From Acidobacteriota bacterium (GTDB lineage: Bacteria; Acidobacteriota; UBA4820), in contig JAKQCT010000061.1 of assembly GCA_029559035.1 (NCBI GenBank), positions 94,162 to 158,161 on the forward strand: DNA of 64,000 nucleotides. The letters are read 5' to 3'. Below, one piece after another: positions 19,376-28,845 of the stretch. The position numbers and the translations under genes were made by a program. The notes beneath the pieces were generated by a model. It searched no databases and was not told the origin of the DNA. It saw only the letters and a list, made by a program, of their open reading frames with translations. Numbering within the stretch: position 1 is the first letter of the stretch; every line of letters starts with the position of its first letter.

Positions 19376-20076
19376 ACCGCTACGCCGTCATCTCCGACAT
19401 CCACGGCAACATCCTGGCTCTTCAGGCGGTCCTTACAGATATCGAAAGGCGCAGTATCAGCGACATCATAAACCTGGGCGACAGCGTCCACGGCCCGCTC
19501 GAACCCGAGGCAACGGCGAGGCTTCTGATGGATCTTCACGCGAAAAACATCCGCGGCAACCAGGACAGGGACATACCCGAAGGAACGGCTAAAGCCCTAT
19601 CGCCACGGAGCGTAGAATGGCTCGAATCGTTGCCCGCGACCGGTTCCGTCGGTGAAGACATCTTCCTCTGCCACGGCACCCCGCGCGCGGACGACGAGTA
19701 CCTCCTCGAAAAGATCGAGAATGGAAAGGGCGTCCTGAAAGATGAAGCGGATATCATTCCCCTGCTCGCTGGCATCAAGCAGAAAGTCATCCTCTGCGGC
19801 CACAGCCATATCCCCCGCGTGATCTGTCTCAAGGAGGGTAGGCTGGTCGTAAATCCCGGCAGCGTGGGCCTCCCCGCGTACCAGGACGAGACTCCCGTCC
19901 CGCACATGATGGAAACCGGAAGCCACCACGCCCGCTACGCCATTCTCGAAAAGGACGGAACGGAATGGAAAGCGGAACTGATAGCGGTCCCCTACGATTT
20001 CGAAACAGCCGCGCGAAAGGCCCGGGCCAACGGAAGAGAAGATTGGGAGAGATGGCTCATGGAGGGAAGAGCGTGA
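19372..20076 (+). CDS. metallophosphoesterase (calcineurin-like phosphoesterase, YfcE-like)
   Basis: DIHGN, GDSVHGP, GNQDR and GHSHIP metal-binding motifs. Confidence 0.8.
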   Translation: MNRYAVISDIHGNILALQAVLTDIERRSISDIINLGDSVHGPLEPEATARLLMDLHAKNIRGNQDRDIPEGTAKALSPRSVEWLESLPATGSVGEDIFLCHGTPRADDEYLLEKIENGKGVLKDEADIIPLLAGIKQKVILCGHSHIPRVICLKEGRLVVNPGSVGLPAYQDETPVPHMMETGSHHARYAILEKDGTEWKAELIAVPYDFETAARKARANGREDWERWLMEGRA

Positions 20077-20188
20077 AGGAAGAAAGAAATTCAAAATTCT
20101 TACCCGGTTTTGAAGGTTACTTTTTGAACATCTTCCGGACGTCTTGACATCTTGACGTTATAATGTTACAAGATATCCGGAGGTTCCA

Positions 20189-20425
20189 GTGATGAAAGAA
20201 CAGGCGAAGCGGTCGACCATCTATCTTGACGAGGCTCTGCACAAGGCTCTGCGGATGAAGGCGGCCAGCACCGGAAGCACGATCAGCGAACTCGTGAACG
20301 ACGCCGTGCGCGATTCTTTGCGTGAAGACCAGGAAGACCTCGCGGCGTTCGAGGAGAGGGTCAAAGAACCGGAAGTCTCCTATGAAGCGCTCTTGAAAGA
20401 CCTAAAGGCTCATGGAAAGATATAG
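20189..20425 (+). CDS. relB: type II antitoxin (RHH/RelB-DinJ-like)
   Basis: 78 aa, charged, ribbon-helix-helix-like N-terminus. Overlaps the downstream toxin by 14 nt. Confidence 0.55.
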   Translation: MMKEQAKRSTIYLDEALHKALRMKAASTGSTISELVNDAVRDSLREDQEDLAAFEERVKEPEVSYEALLKDLKAHGKI

Positions 20426-20666
20426 GCAGGTATTCAAGAGGTCGGTCGCCAAAGACCTGCGGCCCATCCCCAACCGCGGTGTGGCAAGGATCCTCGACCG
20501 CCTGAAAGCCCTATCCGAAAATCCCCGCCCACCCGGATGCGAGAAGCTTTCCGGCCAGGAGCGGTACAGGATCAGACAGGGTAGTTTTCGCATCATATAC
20601 GAGATCAGGGACAAGATACTGCTTGTCGTCGTCGTGAAGATAGCCCACAGGAAAGAAGCGTATTAG
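20412..20666 (+). CDS. relE: type II toxin, RelE/ParE (StbE) family mRNA interferase
   Basis: ENPRPPGCEKLSGQERYRIRQGSFRIIYEIRDKILLVVVVKIAHRKEAY matches the RelE/StbE C-terminal signature. Confidence 0.75.
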   Translation: MERYRQVFKRSVAKDLRPIPNRGVARILDRLKALSENPRPPGCEKLSGQERYRIRQGSFRIIYEIRDKILLVVVVKIAHRKEAY

Positions 20667-20670
20667 CCAG

Positions 20671-20908
20671 GAAGCGCTGATGGCTGACGCCAGACTGAAG
20701 GCTGAAGGGTCAACAAGGAAATGATTCCACAAATTTAAAATTTAATCTTTAAAATTTGATATTTAATATTCAAGCGAAGCCGCATGGCTGACGCCAGGCT
20801 GAAGGCTGAAGGCTGAAGGGTCAATAAGGAAACAGATTCCTCAATTTTTCACTTTTCAATTTTCATTTTTAAATTTTCAATCACGGTTAAATGCCCGGCG
20901 CAGCCGGC
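20671..20908 (+). repeat. modular intergenic repeat, 2 tandem units (locus R1)
   Basis: Each unit has tggctgacgccag, (gctgaag)2-3, the tcaa(c/t)aaggaaa..gattcc.caatttt core, an AT-rich (ttttcaa)n block, and a terminal hairpin (caagcgaagc / ccggcGCAgccgg). It ends at the macro-domain gene stop. Confidence 0.8.
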
Positions 20909-20909
20909 T

Positions 20910-21431
20910 TTAACCTAAATGCTTCGCCGATTCCATGAACGCCTGGTATGTCTCGTCGTCGAAGAGGACTATGTGGACCTCTTCGGGGTATTCGTGGGAT
21001 TCGAAGAAATCACGGACCGTATGCAGGAGTATCTCCGCGCCGTTTCTGACCGGGAAGCCCGCTATGCCCATCCCGACCGCCGGCATGGCGATCTTCGCGA
21101 ATTTCCACTCCTCGGCCCTTTTCAACGAATTGATAACGGCGTTCCGCAGGCTATCTTCAGTGCACGGTTCCCTCGTGCCCATAGCGGCCGCGTGGATGAC
21201 ATAATCGGCGGGAAGCAGTCCGGCGCCCGTGACAACCGCCTCTCCCAGCGGAATGGATCCTATCCTGTCGCACTCCCGCTGGATCGAGGGGCCTCCCTTT
21301 TCCCTGATGGCCCCGGCGACGCCTCCTCCAAGCACCAGTTCCTTGTTGGCGGCGTTGACTATCGCGTCGACCTGCATTTCGGTGATATCGCCTTTTTCTA
21401 TGAAGATGCGGCTGTTCAGGATTCCAGCCAT
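20910..21431 (-). CDS. macro domain protein (O-acetyl-ADP-ribose deacetylase, MacroD/YmdB-like)
   Basis: GDITEMQVDAIVNAAN...GGGVAGAI and HAAAMG motifs. Confidence 0.85.
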   Translation of the reverse strand: MAGILNSRIFIEKGDITEMQVDAIVNAANKELVLGGGVAGAIREKGGPSIQRECDRIGSIPLGEAVVTGAGLLPADYVIHAAAMGTREPCTEDSLRNAVINSLKRAEEWKFAKIAMPAVGMGIAGFPVRNGAEILLHTVRDFFESHEYPEEVHIVLFDDETYQAFMESAKHLG

Positions 21432-23662
21432 TTTTCGATCTCCTCCTCGGAAATAAGGATCTCGCGGGATTTAACCCCGTTGGGAGGGCCGACGATGCCG
21501 CGCTCCTCCATGTTGTCCAGTAGTCTCGCCGCCCTCGCGTAGCCCAGCCTCATCTTCCTCTGGAGGTTGCTGGCCGTGGCGATCTTCGTTGAAACGACCA
21601 GCTTGACGGCGTCCTTGAAGAGCGGATCCTCGTAATTGTCCGCGCTGTCGGCTTCCCCGCTCAGGATGTCGCTCTTCTCCTTGAGCACCACGCTGTCGAA
21701 CTCCTGAGGCGCCTGCCTCGCTATGTACTGGATCACCCTCTGCGTCTCGATGGTCGAAAGGAAACCTCCGTGGATCCTGATCACGCGCGAAGAGCCTGGC
21801 GGGAGGAAGAGCATGTCTCCCTTGCCTTCGAGCGTTTCCGCTCCGTTCTGGTCGAGGATCAGCCTGCTCTCCAGTTTTTCGCGCACCTGGAAGGCCACCC
21901 TGGCCGGCAGGTTGCTCTTGATGACGCCGGTGATTACATCCCTCGAGGGCCTCTGCGTGGCAATTATCAGGTGTATGCCGACGGCGCGCGCCATCGCGGA
22001 GAGCCTGCCTATCGCCGTCTCGACCTCCTTCGCGACGACCGCCATCAGGTCGTAGAGCTCGTCAATTACTATCACGATGTACGGGATCGGCCTGGTCAGG
22101 GGGATCGCTTCGTCGTGGCCGTGGGGCGTGAGCGTCTTCACGAACCTGTTGTACTGCTCGATCGACCTGACCTGCGCCGCCGCGAAAAGCTTGTAGCGCT
22201 CCTGCATCTCCTTGAGGACCCATGTCAGCGCGCTCGCGGCTTTCTTGACATCCGTGACGACGGGGGTGAGCAGATGCGGCAGCCCCTCGTAGATCTTCAG
22301 CTCCACCTGCTTCGGGTCGATCATGATGAACTTGACCTCTTCGGGGCTGGACCTGAAGAGGATCGAATTGATGAGTGCGTTTATCCCGACGCTCTTTCCG
22401 GAGCCGGTCGTCCCGGCGACAAGCAGGTGCGGCATTTCCGTGAGGCTCGAAACGTACGGCGTTCCGTCCACGAGCTTCCCCATGGCGAGGGGCAGTTTCG
22501 TCGTGCTTTTCCTAAAATGATCCGATTCGACCAGCTCCCTGAAAGATATGAGCTCTCTCGATTCGTTCGGTATCTCCACCGCGATCGTCGCCGCCCCGGA
22601 CATCCTGTCGATGCGGACATGCTCCTTCCTGAGCCTGATCGCGAGATCCTCGGACGACTGCACCACCTTGGAGAACTTCACTCCGGCGGCCGGCTTGAAC
22701 TCGTAGATAGTCACCACAGGGCCGGGATGGATCTCGAGAACCTCCCCGGGAATGTCGAACTCGCCGAGCTTCTCTTCGATCTGTTTCGCCTGGACAAGCA
22801 GGGATTTGTCGTCGTAGGGAAGCTTGGACAGCGGCGGATCCAGAAGGTCCGCCGGAGGCAGCCTGTAGTCGCTTTCGTCGTCCGTCTCGAGAGGCAGGGG
22901 GGGCGCTTCCGGCTCTTCCTCCTGCTTGGCCGGGGCCTTCTCCCTGGTCTTCTGAGGGGGGGACGCCTTCTTTGCGGCTTCCGTCTGCTGGGCCCACTTC
23001 AGCCGGGCCTCTTCCACTTCCTGCTTTTCTTTCTCTTTCCTGCTTCTTTCCTTTTTCAGCCTGCGGTTCTCGAGGTACTTCCTGAATGGCGACGCGGCGG
23101 CCCGGAAAGGAGAGAGGGGCGAGAACCCGAAAAGGAATGCGAGACTCAGGAGGAACCATACCAGCGCCACGGCGAGAGCGCCGATCATGCCCATCCACGC
23201 GGAGAGCAGGGCGCCGATCACTATCCCGAAGAGGCCTCCCGAATGGACCGCGGCGTTCTGGCCCCAGAGAAAGGGGTTGAACTCGCCCACGGTCACGCTC
23301 ATCAGGAGCGAGAAGCTTGCCGCGAGAGATCCCCAGAGGATCAGCGGATAGAGCGAGTTTCCGCAGAGGACCCGCCAGCCCGAATAGAAGAGCATCGCGG
23401 GAACGATCAGCGCCGCGAAACCGAGCATGCCCACGAGAAGGTCCGCGAGGTAGGAACCCAGCCCTCCTACCCAGTTCATGGGTATCTTCGAGAAATTTCC
23501 CACCGCTTTCGAGAAAAAGCCCGGATCGAGAGGATGATATGAAACAAGGGAAAGGAGCGCCAGCAGGCCGGCAATCCAGAGGACCACCACCACGCTTTCG
23601 CGCATGGCGGTCCGCGATCGGTCCGAAACCGGGCTTTCCTTCAACAATCCGTTCGAGGCCAA
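21416..23662 (-). CDS. ftsK: DNA translocase FtsK/SpoIIIE
   Basis: N-terminal 4-TM domain, Pro/Glu-rich linker, motor domain with Walker A GTTGSGKS, C-terminal gamma (winged-helix KOPS-reading) domain ASNLQRKMRLGYARAARLLD. Confidence 0.9.
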   Translation of the reverse strand: MASNGLLKESPVSDRSRTAMRESVVVVLWIAGLLALLSLVSYHPLDPGFFSKAVGNFSKIPMNWVGGLGSYLADLLVGMLGFAALIVPAMLFYSGWRVLCGNSLYPLILWGSLAASFSLLMSVTVGEFNPFLWGQNAAVHSGGLFGIVIGALLSAWMGMIGALAVALVWFLLSLAFLFGFSPLSPFRAAASPFRKYLENRRLKKERSRKEKEKQEVEEARLKWAQQTEAAKKASPPQKTREKAPAKQEEEPEAPPLPLETDDESDYRLPPADLLDPPLSKLPYDDKSLLVQAKQIEEKLGEFDIPGEVLEIHPGPVVTIYEFKPAAGVKFSKVVQSSEDLAIRLRKEHVRIDRMSGAATIAVEIPNESRELISFRELVESDHFRKSTTKLPLAMGKLVDGTPYVSSLTEMPHLLVAGTTGSGKSVGINALINSILFRSSPEEVKFIMIDPKQVELKIYEGLPHLLTPVVTDVKKAASALTWVLKEMQERYKLFAAAQVRSIEQYNRFVKTLTPHGHDEAIPLTRPIPYIVIVIDELYDLMAVVAKEVETAIGRLSAMARAVGIHLIIATQRPSRDVITGVIKSNLPARVAFQVREKLESRLILDQNGAETLEGKGDMLFLPPGSSRVIRIHGGFLSTIETQRVIQYIARQAPQEFDSVVLKEKSDILSGEADSADNYEDPLFKDAVKLVVSTKIATASNLQRKMRLGYARAARLLDNMEERGIVGPPNGVKSREILISEEEIEKWLES

Positions 23663-23760
23663 ATCCTTGTCCCTCCCTGACCTTCTCTGACCATTTAAAA
23701 ATACCTCTTTTCACGATTTATAGCAAGATTGACGGGGCATTGGAGGCGGTCGGGGCCGTT

Positions 23761-23788
23761 TTGTCCCAGCCGGGAATGAGGCTATAAT
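23761..23788 (+). promoter_or_regulatory. candidate sigma70 promoter for the MFS gene (TTGTCC-N16-TATAAT)
   Basis: ttgtcc 23761-23766, tataat 23783-23788. GGAG RBS and a TTG start at 23809 follow. Confidence 0.3.
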
Positions 23789-23808
23789 CAGCCATTGGAG
23801 ACGGTTCG

Positions 23809-24984
23809 TTGAAGAAGAACGCCACTGTGCTCGCGCTCTCGGCCCTTTCCCACGTCATGGTGGATTCTCTCACCGTGGCCATAGCGGTTATCGTGGCCGA
23901 ACTGTTCGGAAGAAGCGGCCGCTACCTTAGCGTCGGAGCGATCCTCGCATTCTTCACACTCGCGACGGCGATATCCGAGCCGCTCTGGGGAAGGCTCTCC
24001 GATTCCACTGGAAGACGGGGAGCGATCGTTTCGCTGGGAATTATCTTCGCGGGGTTCTTCTTCTTTTCCTTCTCGATGATAGACCCGAAAGGGGATCACG
24101 CCGTCGTCCTCTTCTCGTTCGCCTCGTTCATGACGGGAATAGCCGCCGGAACCTACCACTCGGTGGCCACGGCGCTGCTTAACGAGCAGGCCGTCAGCTC
24201 GAACCGGGGGCTCTACCAGGGGATCAACAACGCCGGCGGGAGCCTCGGAAGGACAGCGGCGCCCCTGGTGATAGGGCTTCTTCTCAGCAGGTCCGGGATG
24301 ACAGCGGTGTTCGTTCCCTACCTGGTATTCGGAGCGGCGGTGGGGCTGGTCTCCCTCGCCCTCTTCCCGCGCTCCCAGGCTTCGCCCGGAAATGATCGCG
24401 GCGAGAGTTCCCCTCTTCGCGCCGGCCTCGGAAGGTTCACCGCCGGGCTGATGCTCTTCTCTTTCCTGAGGACCGCCTTTTTCCTGACGGCGATGAACTT
24501 CCTTCCTTCTTACCTGATGGGTTTCAAGGGGCTAGAGGCTCTTCCGGCGGGCTACATAATGACATTCATCCTTGCCACAGGGGTGATAGCCCAGCCGATC
24601 GGAGGCATCATATCGGACCTGAGGGACAGGTCGAAACTCATGGCTCTGCTCCTGGCGGTCGCCGGTGTTTCGTTCGGTATGGCCATACTTGTGCCGATGG
24701 CAGCTTCAGTGATCCTTCTCGCCGTTTCGTTCTTCTGTCTTCTCATGACCTTCCCGATACTCTTCGCCCTCATCGGCGATTTCGTGCCGAGGGAAAGGAT
24801 GGGATGGATGACAGGCCTCGTGTCGGGGGCCGGAGGGATCTCTGCCACGATCTTCCAGTTCGCGACGGGCTATTTTTCAGAGGTATTTCACCCGCCGGCG
24901 GTGCTCCTCGCGCTTTCCGCCCTGCCCGTGATCTCCGCCGCGGTCGCCTTCCGGCTCGCTCCGCGCGGAGCTATGAAAGCGTGA
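23809..24984 (+). CDS. MFS transporter
   Basis: 12 TM segments, MFS motif-A-like GRLSDSTGRR between TM2 and TM3. TTG start. Confidence 0.7.
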   Translation: MKKNATVLALSALSHVMVDSLTVAIAVIVAELFGRSGRYLSVGAILAFFTLATAISEPLWGRLSDSTGRRGAIVSLGIIFAGFFFFSFSMIDPKGDHAVVLFSFASFMTGIAAGTYHSVATALLNEQAVSSNRGLYQGINNAGGSLGRTAAPLVIGLLLSRSGMTAVFVPYLVFGAAVGLVSLALFPRSQASPGNDRGESSPLRAGLGRFTAGLMLFSFLRTAFFLTAMNFLPSYLMGFKGLEALPAGYIMTFILATGVIAQPIGGIISDLRDRSKLMALLLAVAGVSFGMAILVPMAASVILLAVSFFCLLMTFPILFALIGDFVPRERMGWMTGLVSGAGGISATIFQFATGYFSEVFHPPAVLLALSALPVISAAVAFRLAPRGAMKA

Positions 24985-25543
24985 TCTTCGTTATTTCCGC
25001 GCCGAGGCTTCTCAGCGACGCGATCATCGAAAGGACGGGCCTTATGTCTCCCTCTATCGAGCCTCCGGCCCTCAGTTCGTAGGAATGCTCGGGAGCGTAA
25101 AGCTCCACTCCCTTCGCCCCTTCCCGAAAGGTCTCCGTGATCTTCTTCCTTAACTCCACGCGGACGCCTTCCTCCGGCTTTTCAAGAAGCAGTTTTGCCT
25201 TCCCGCCCGCTTCCCTGCTGAAAAGCTCGATGGAGAAAAGCGCGGAAGCCTTGGAGTAAGCGCGGAATGTTTTCTCGGCGGCGGGGAACCCTTCTTTTTC
25301 GAGAGCGGAGAGCGCTTCCATCACGGCGGCCCGCGCCGGTTCGGGGACCAGCAGGTGCGCGACCTCCTCCCCCGGATGAGCCAACTCCTGGAGGAGTTCC
25401 CTGAAACTTTCCCTCTCTATCTCTTCCCTTTCGAGGTTGAGCACTTCCGACGCGTCACCCCTGGCCCTCAGCCATCCCCTTATGAACCCTTCGCCGATGC
25501 CCCTGGCTGTTGATATAACCATTTCGACATATTTCTGAGACAC
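24971..25543 (-). CDS. hypothetical protein (GTG start), last gene of a 3-gene minus-strand operon
   Basis: Balanced composition with GGAGGG 7 nt upstream of GTG. Converges with and overlaps the MFS gene 3' end by 14 nt. No family recognised. Confidence 0.45.
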   Translation of the reverse strand: MSQKYVEMVISTARGIGEGFIRGWLRARGDASEVLNLEREEIERESFRELLQELAHPGEEVAHLLVPEPARAAVMEALSALEKEGFPAAEKTFRAYSKASALFSIELFSREAGGKAKLLLEKPEEGVRVELRKKITETFREGAKGVELYAPEHSYELRAGGSIEGDIRPVLSMIASLRSLGAEITKITLS

Positions 25544-25553
25544 TGCGGCCCTC

Positions 25554-26984
25554 CTAAAGGAAAATCAACACCACAAGGATGAAGATCGGAACCAGAACCG
25601 GAACAGACCACTTGAAGATGTAGCCAAGGAAAGAAGGCATGGCGATCCCGCCTTCCTCCGCTATCGACTTCACCATGAAGTTCGGAGCGTTGCCGATGTA
25701 TGTGACGGCCCCCATGAAGACGGCTCCCAGCGATATGGCCTCGAGATGGAGCTCGTGGTTGGAGATAAGGTCCATGATCGCCTCTTTTTCGGGAAGCCCC
25801 GGGGAAAAGTGGCCGAGCGCCATGTTGAGGAAGGTCAGGTAGGTGGGCGCGTTGTCGAGGAACGACGAAAGTATCCCCGTCAGCCAGAAGTAGTGCCACG
25901 GTTCGCTCGCCCCTCCCACTATCATCGCCATGTGTCCCTTGTCGCCCGCCTTGAGCATCGCGAGCGCGGGGATCATCGTTATGAATATCGCGGCGAAGAG
26001 GATGGCGACCTCCCTCATCGGCTCCCAGCTGAAGCCGTTGTCGTCCCTCATCTTCCTCGATGTGAGTTTCAGCGAGACGATCCCGGCCGCCACGGTCAGT
26101 ATTTCCCTGATGAGGTCCTGGTATTCGAGGTGTATCTCCCCCAGGTGCAAGGCCCCCAGATGGAAAGTTCCCGAGAACAGCACCGAACCGAGGATGCACA
26201 GGATCAGGAGAAAGTTGAAAGACCCTTCTATCCTGAATTTTTCGGTGGCCTGCCTTTCTACTTCACGAGGTTCGGCCCCGCGATCCCTGGCGTAGTAGCG
26301 CGAATCCACGATGAAAAAGACAGAAAGAAGGATAACCGACGCGAAAAGGAACGGAAGGAACAGCTTGAGCGTCCAGAAGAAAGGAACGCCGCGCAAGAAC
26401 CCCAGGAAAAGGGGAGGATCTCCCAGCGGCGTCAGGGACCCTCCGATGTTCGCGACAAGGAAGATGAAGAATACGATTATGTGCTTCCTGTGCCGTCTTC
26501 CGCTGTTGGCGCGCATGAGGGGCCTTATGAGGAGCATGGCGGCACCCGTGGTTCCCATCAAGGAGGCTATCGATGTCCCGATGGCGAGCAGGGCCGTGTT
26601 GAATACCGGCGTTCCCGCGAAGGTCCCCCGGAAGACTATGCCCCCCGAAACGGTATAAAGTCCCCATAAAAGGATAAGGAAGGGCACATAGTCGAGAAGG
26701 ATTATGTGGAGGATCTCCATGACCGCCTGCGCCCTGTAAACCGCGATGAATGGAACCGCGAAGGCGATCCCCCAAGCGAGCGAGACGAGCGGGTACCTTT
26801 TGTGCCAGAAATGGGGAAAGAACAGCGGAAAAAGGGATATGGAGAGAAGTATTCCCGCGAACGGTATCACGGAGTACAGGGGAAGATTCTCCCCGAAGCC
26901 TGCTCCCTCAGATGCGGATAGCGCTAGCGGCGAGGCCAGGAACAACAACGCCGCCGCGAGCGCTCTTGACATGATCCCCGTCAT
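25554..26984 (-). CDS. ion transporter superfamily permease (ArsB/NhaD/citrate-transporter-like)
   Basis: 476 aa, ~11-12 TM helices with an internal duplicated topology typical of the IT superfamily. Confidence 0.55.
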   Translation of the reverse strand: MTGIMSRALAAALLFLASPLALSASEGAGFGENLPLYSVIPFAGILLSISLFPLFFPHFWHKRYPLVSLAWGIAFAVPFIAVYRAQAVMEILHIILLDYVPFLILLWGLYTVSGGIVFRGTFAGTPVFNTALLAIGTSIASLMGTTGAAMLLIRPLMRANSGRRHRKHIIVFFIFLVANIGGSLTPLGDPPLFLGFLRGVPFFWTLKLFLPFLFASVILLSVFFIVDSRYYARDRGAEPREVERQATEKFRIEGSFNFLLILCILGSVLFSGTFHLGALHLGEIHLEYQDLIREILTVAAGIVSLKLTSRKMRDDNGFSWEPMREVAILFAAIFITMIPALAMLKAGDKGHMAMIVGGASEPWHYFWLTGILSSFLDNAPTYLTFLNMALGHFSPGLPEKEAIMDLISNHELHLEAISLGAVFMGAVTYIGNAPNFMVKSIAEEGGIAMPSFLGYIFKWSVPVLVPIFILVVLIFL

Positions 26985-28294
26985 AGTATCGATTTCTTGA
27001 ACTCATTGCCTCCGAGGATCAGGAAATCCACAGCGAGTTTCCAGGAGCCTTCGTTGTCCCTGTTCCAGACATGCAGGAATGTGCCCCTCTGATATGGCTG
27101 AGGGCCCTTGGCTTCAGCGCCTCCCCAGACGACCGCTATGTCGCGGCCTTTGGCGGTCATCGTCCTTACGATGTTCCCCTCCAGGAATCCTCTTTCCACG
27201 ACCGACTTCAGGAATACCTGTTTCTTTCCGCGGATCATCGGCCCGTTGTGTCGGATCTTCATTATGTCGTTGTCGGCGAACGAGTCGTATGCTTTCGCCC
27301 ATCCGCCGCGTTTCAGGGCGCCGAAAAGTTCCTTTTCGATCTCATCGATATCATTCCCTGCGAAAAGGCCCTTCTTTTCGAACTGCGAGCCGATCTCCGT
27401 CACGGGAGGCCTTTTTTCGGTCTTGTATCCGCGGACAAGGTTGTTCTTCGCGTGGATTATTATCTTCCATTCTTTCTTCACTTTTTTCCAGACGTTCACG
27501 TACTGGCCGCCCCAGATGACCTTTCCGTTCCTCGTCTCCTCCCAGTCGCCTACCACATAGCCGTAATCGCAGGCTGAAGAAACCTTGACGGAGAAAGGCC
27601 TGAAGACTATGGACTGTCCCGCTTCGGCCGCTTCGGCGTAGGTCTTTCCTTCGATGATCGTCGAAGCTACGACTATCGAGTCCTTCGAGAAGAACGCCTT
27701 GAAGGCCGGCCCCGTGCCGGCTTCCCTGACAATCTGGTTGAACTTGCTTTCAATCTCGAGTACGGAGCAGTTGTCGTCTTCGTCCTCCTCCTCGCCGTCC
27801 GCTCCTTCCGTGTCGTCCTCGTAGTCCTCGTCGTCATGAACGTTAGCGGATGCCGCCGGGTTGGACTCCTGTTTCACCTCGGGTTTGGCTGTCGGAGCGG
27901 GAGCAGGCTGCTGCGGCTTGGCTTCCGGTGCGGGAGCCGCCGCAGGCGCAGGTTGCTGTGGATTCGCCGCGGGAGCCGGGGTCGCTTGTGGCGCGGCCGC
28001 GGGCTTGGGTTCGCCGCGACGCGTCGTCCTCGGTCCCTGAGCTCTCGGATCGGTCTTCCGCTCGGGCTTGGCTTGCGGAGCGGGCTCGATCTTCCCTTCG
28101 GGTTTAGCCTCCTGCATGGCTTCAGGCTTTTTTTCCTGGTTCGGATCAACCGTCGCCTCGGGCTTGACTTCCTGCTTCGGTTCGGCCCGGGATTCGGGCT
28201 TCGCTTCCGGCTTGACCTCCTGCGCGGCGAGGGAATTCAAAAGGAAAAAGGAAAGGATCATAACGACGATAAGGGCGAGATTCTTCTTCATCAA
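26981..28294 (-). CDS. secreted protein with Pro/Glu/Lys-rich low-complexity linker, acidic stretch and two NTF2-like (DUF4440/SnoaL-like) domains
   Basis: Signal peptide MMKKNLALIVVMILSFFLLNSLAA, then (KPE/EVKPE)n and PAPAAAPAPEAKPQQPAPAP, then DDEDYEDD, then two copies of a fold ending ...VWKKVKKEWKIIIHA / ...LHVWNRDNEGSWKLAVDF. Confidence 0.6.
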   Translation of the reverse strand: MMKKNLALIVVMILSFFLLNSLAAQEVKPEAKPESRAEPKQEVKPEATVDPNQEKKPEAMQEAKPEGKIEPAPQAKPERKTDPRAQGPRTTRRGEPKPAAAPQATPAPAANPQQPAPAAAPAPEAKPQQPAPAPTAKPEVKQESNPAASANVHDDEDYEDDTEGADGEEEDEDDNCSVLEIESKFNQIVREAGTGPAFKAFFSKDSIVVASTIIEGKTYAEAAEAGQSIVFRPFSVKVSSACDYGYVVGDWEETRNGKVIWGGQYVNVWKKVKKEWKIIIHAKNNLVRGYKTEKRPPVTEIGSQFEKKGLFAGNDIDEIEKELFGALKRGGWAKAYDSFADNDIMKIRHNGPMIRGKKQVFLKSVVERGFLEGNIVRTMTAKGRDIAVVWGGAEAKGPQPYQRGTFLHVWNRDNEGSWKLAVDFLILGGNEFKKSIL

Positions 28295-28370
28295 TCAACT
28301 CCTTGCGGGCCTCAAAAGCCCAATAAATGGTATATCCTGGAGCAGGTTAAGTCAAGGCGATAACTCGCCG

Positions 28371-28431
28371 GCGCTGAAGGCTGATGGCTGATGGCTGATG
28401 GCAAGAATAAATAGGGAACAGGAATTGATCC
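28371..28431 (+). repeat. degenerate partial unit of the modular repeat (gctgaag then (gctgatg)3, with a diverged core)
   Basis: gcgctgaaggctgatggctgatggctgatggcaagaataaatagggaacaggaattgatcc. Confidence 0.5.
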
Positions 28432-28565
28432 CGCCCAAACAAGCCAGTGCGTGAAGAACCGGGATCTCGCGCCAAAACAGATCGAACCATGTCCCACTAT
28501 CCGCGAGCGAAAAAGCGCCTCCATCACTAATGACGGATTGGCGAGGCGGAGTGTCTATGGCGATA

Positions 28566-28833
28566 GGGCGGAAGGCTGACGGCTGAAGGCTGGTGTCCTT
28601 CGGACGGCGCTGAAGGCTGAAGAGTTGAAGCGCTGAAGTTAAATATGGAATGGGATCTCTTTGGTAGGCGCGGGCTTTACGCCCGCGGGCGCGCCCGTGA
28701 AGGGCGCGCCTACCCAAAAACCCCACGCTCTCGCTCTCTCCCTTTGCAAAGGGGGTTCAAGGGGGTTTTCCCACAATTTTTCACTTTTCAATTTTCAACT
28801 TTCATTTTTCATTGCAAGCGAAGCATCGCCCCC
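28566..28833 (+). repeat. modular repeat unit (locus R2) carrying a ~110-bp GC-hairpin insertion
   Basis: The heptamer block includes the gtccttcggac stem-loop sub-module. The core is interrupted at 28661-28770 by three GC palindromes. The unit then resumes with ttttcacttttcaattttcaactttcatttttcattgcaagcgaagcatcgccccc. Confidence 0.7.
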
Positions 28834-28845
28834 GGGCAATTGATA

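Noticed and set aside
21770-23542. 590-aa + strand ORF and 400-aa minus ORF 22512..23714
   Set aside because: They are antisense or shifted-frame relative to ftsK, which has unambiguous Walker, gamma-domain and TM features. The composition is Arg/Pro/Gly-dominated.
25746-26669. 307-aa + strand ORF
   Set aside because: It is antisense to the IT-superfamily transporter gene. Its composition is charged and low-complexity.
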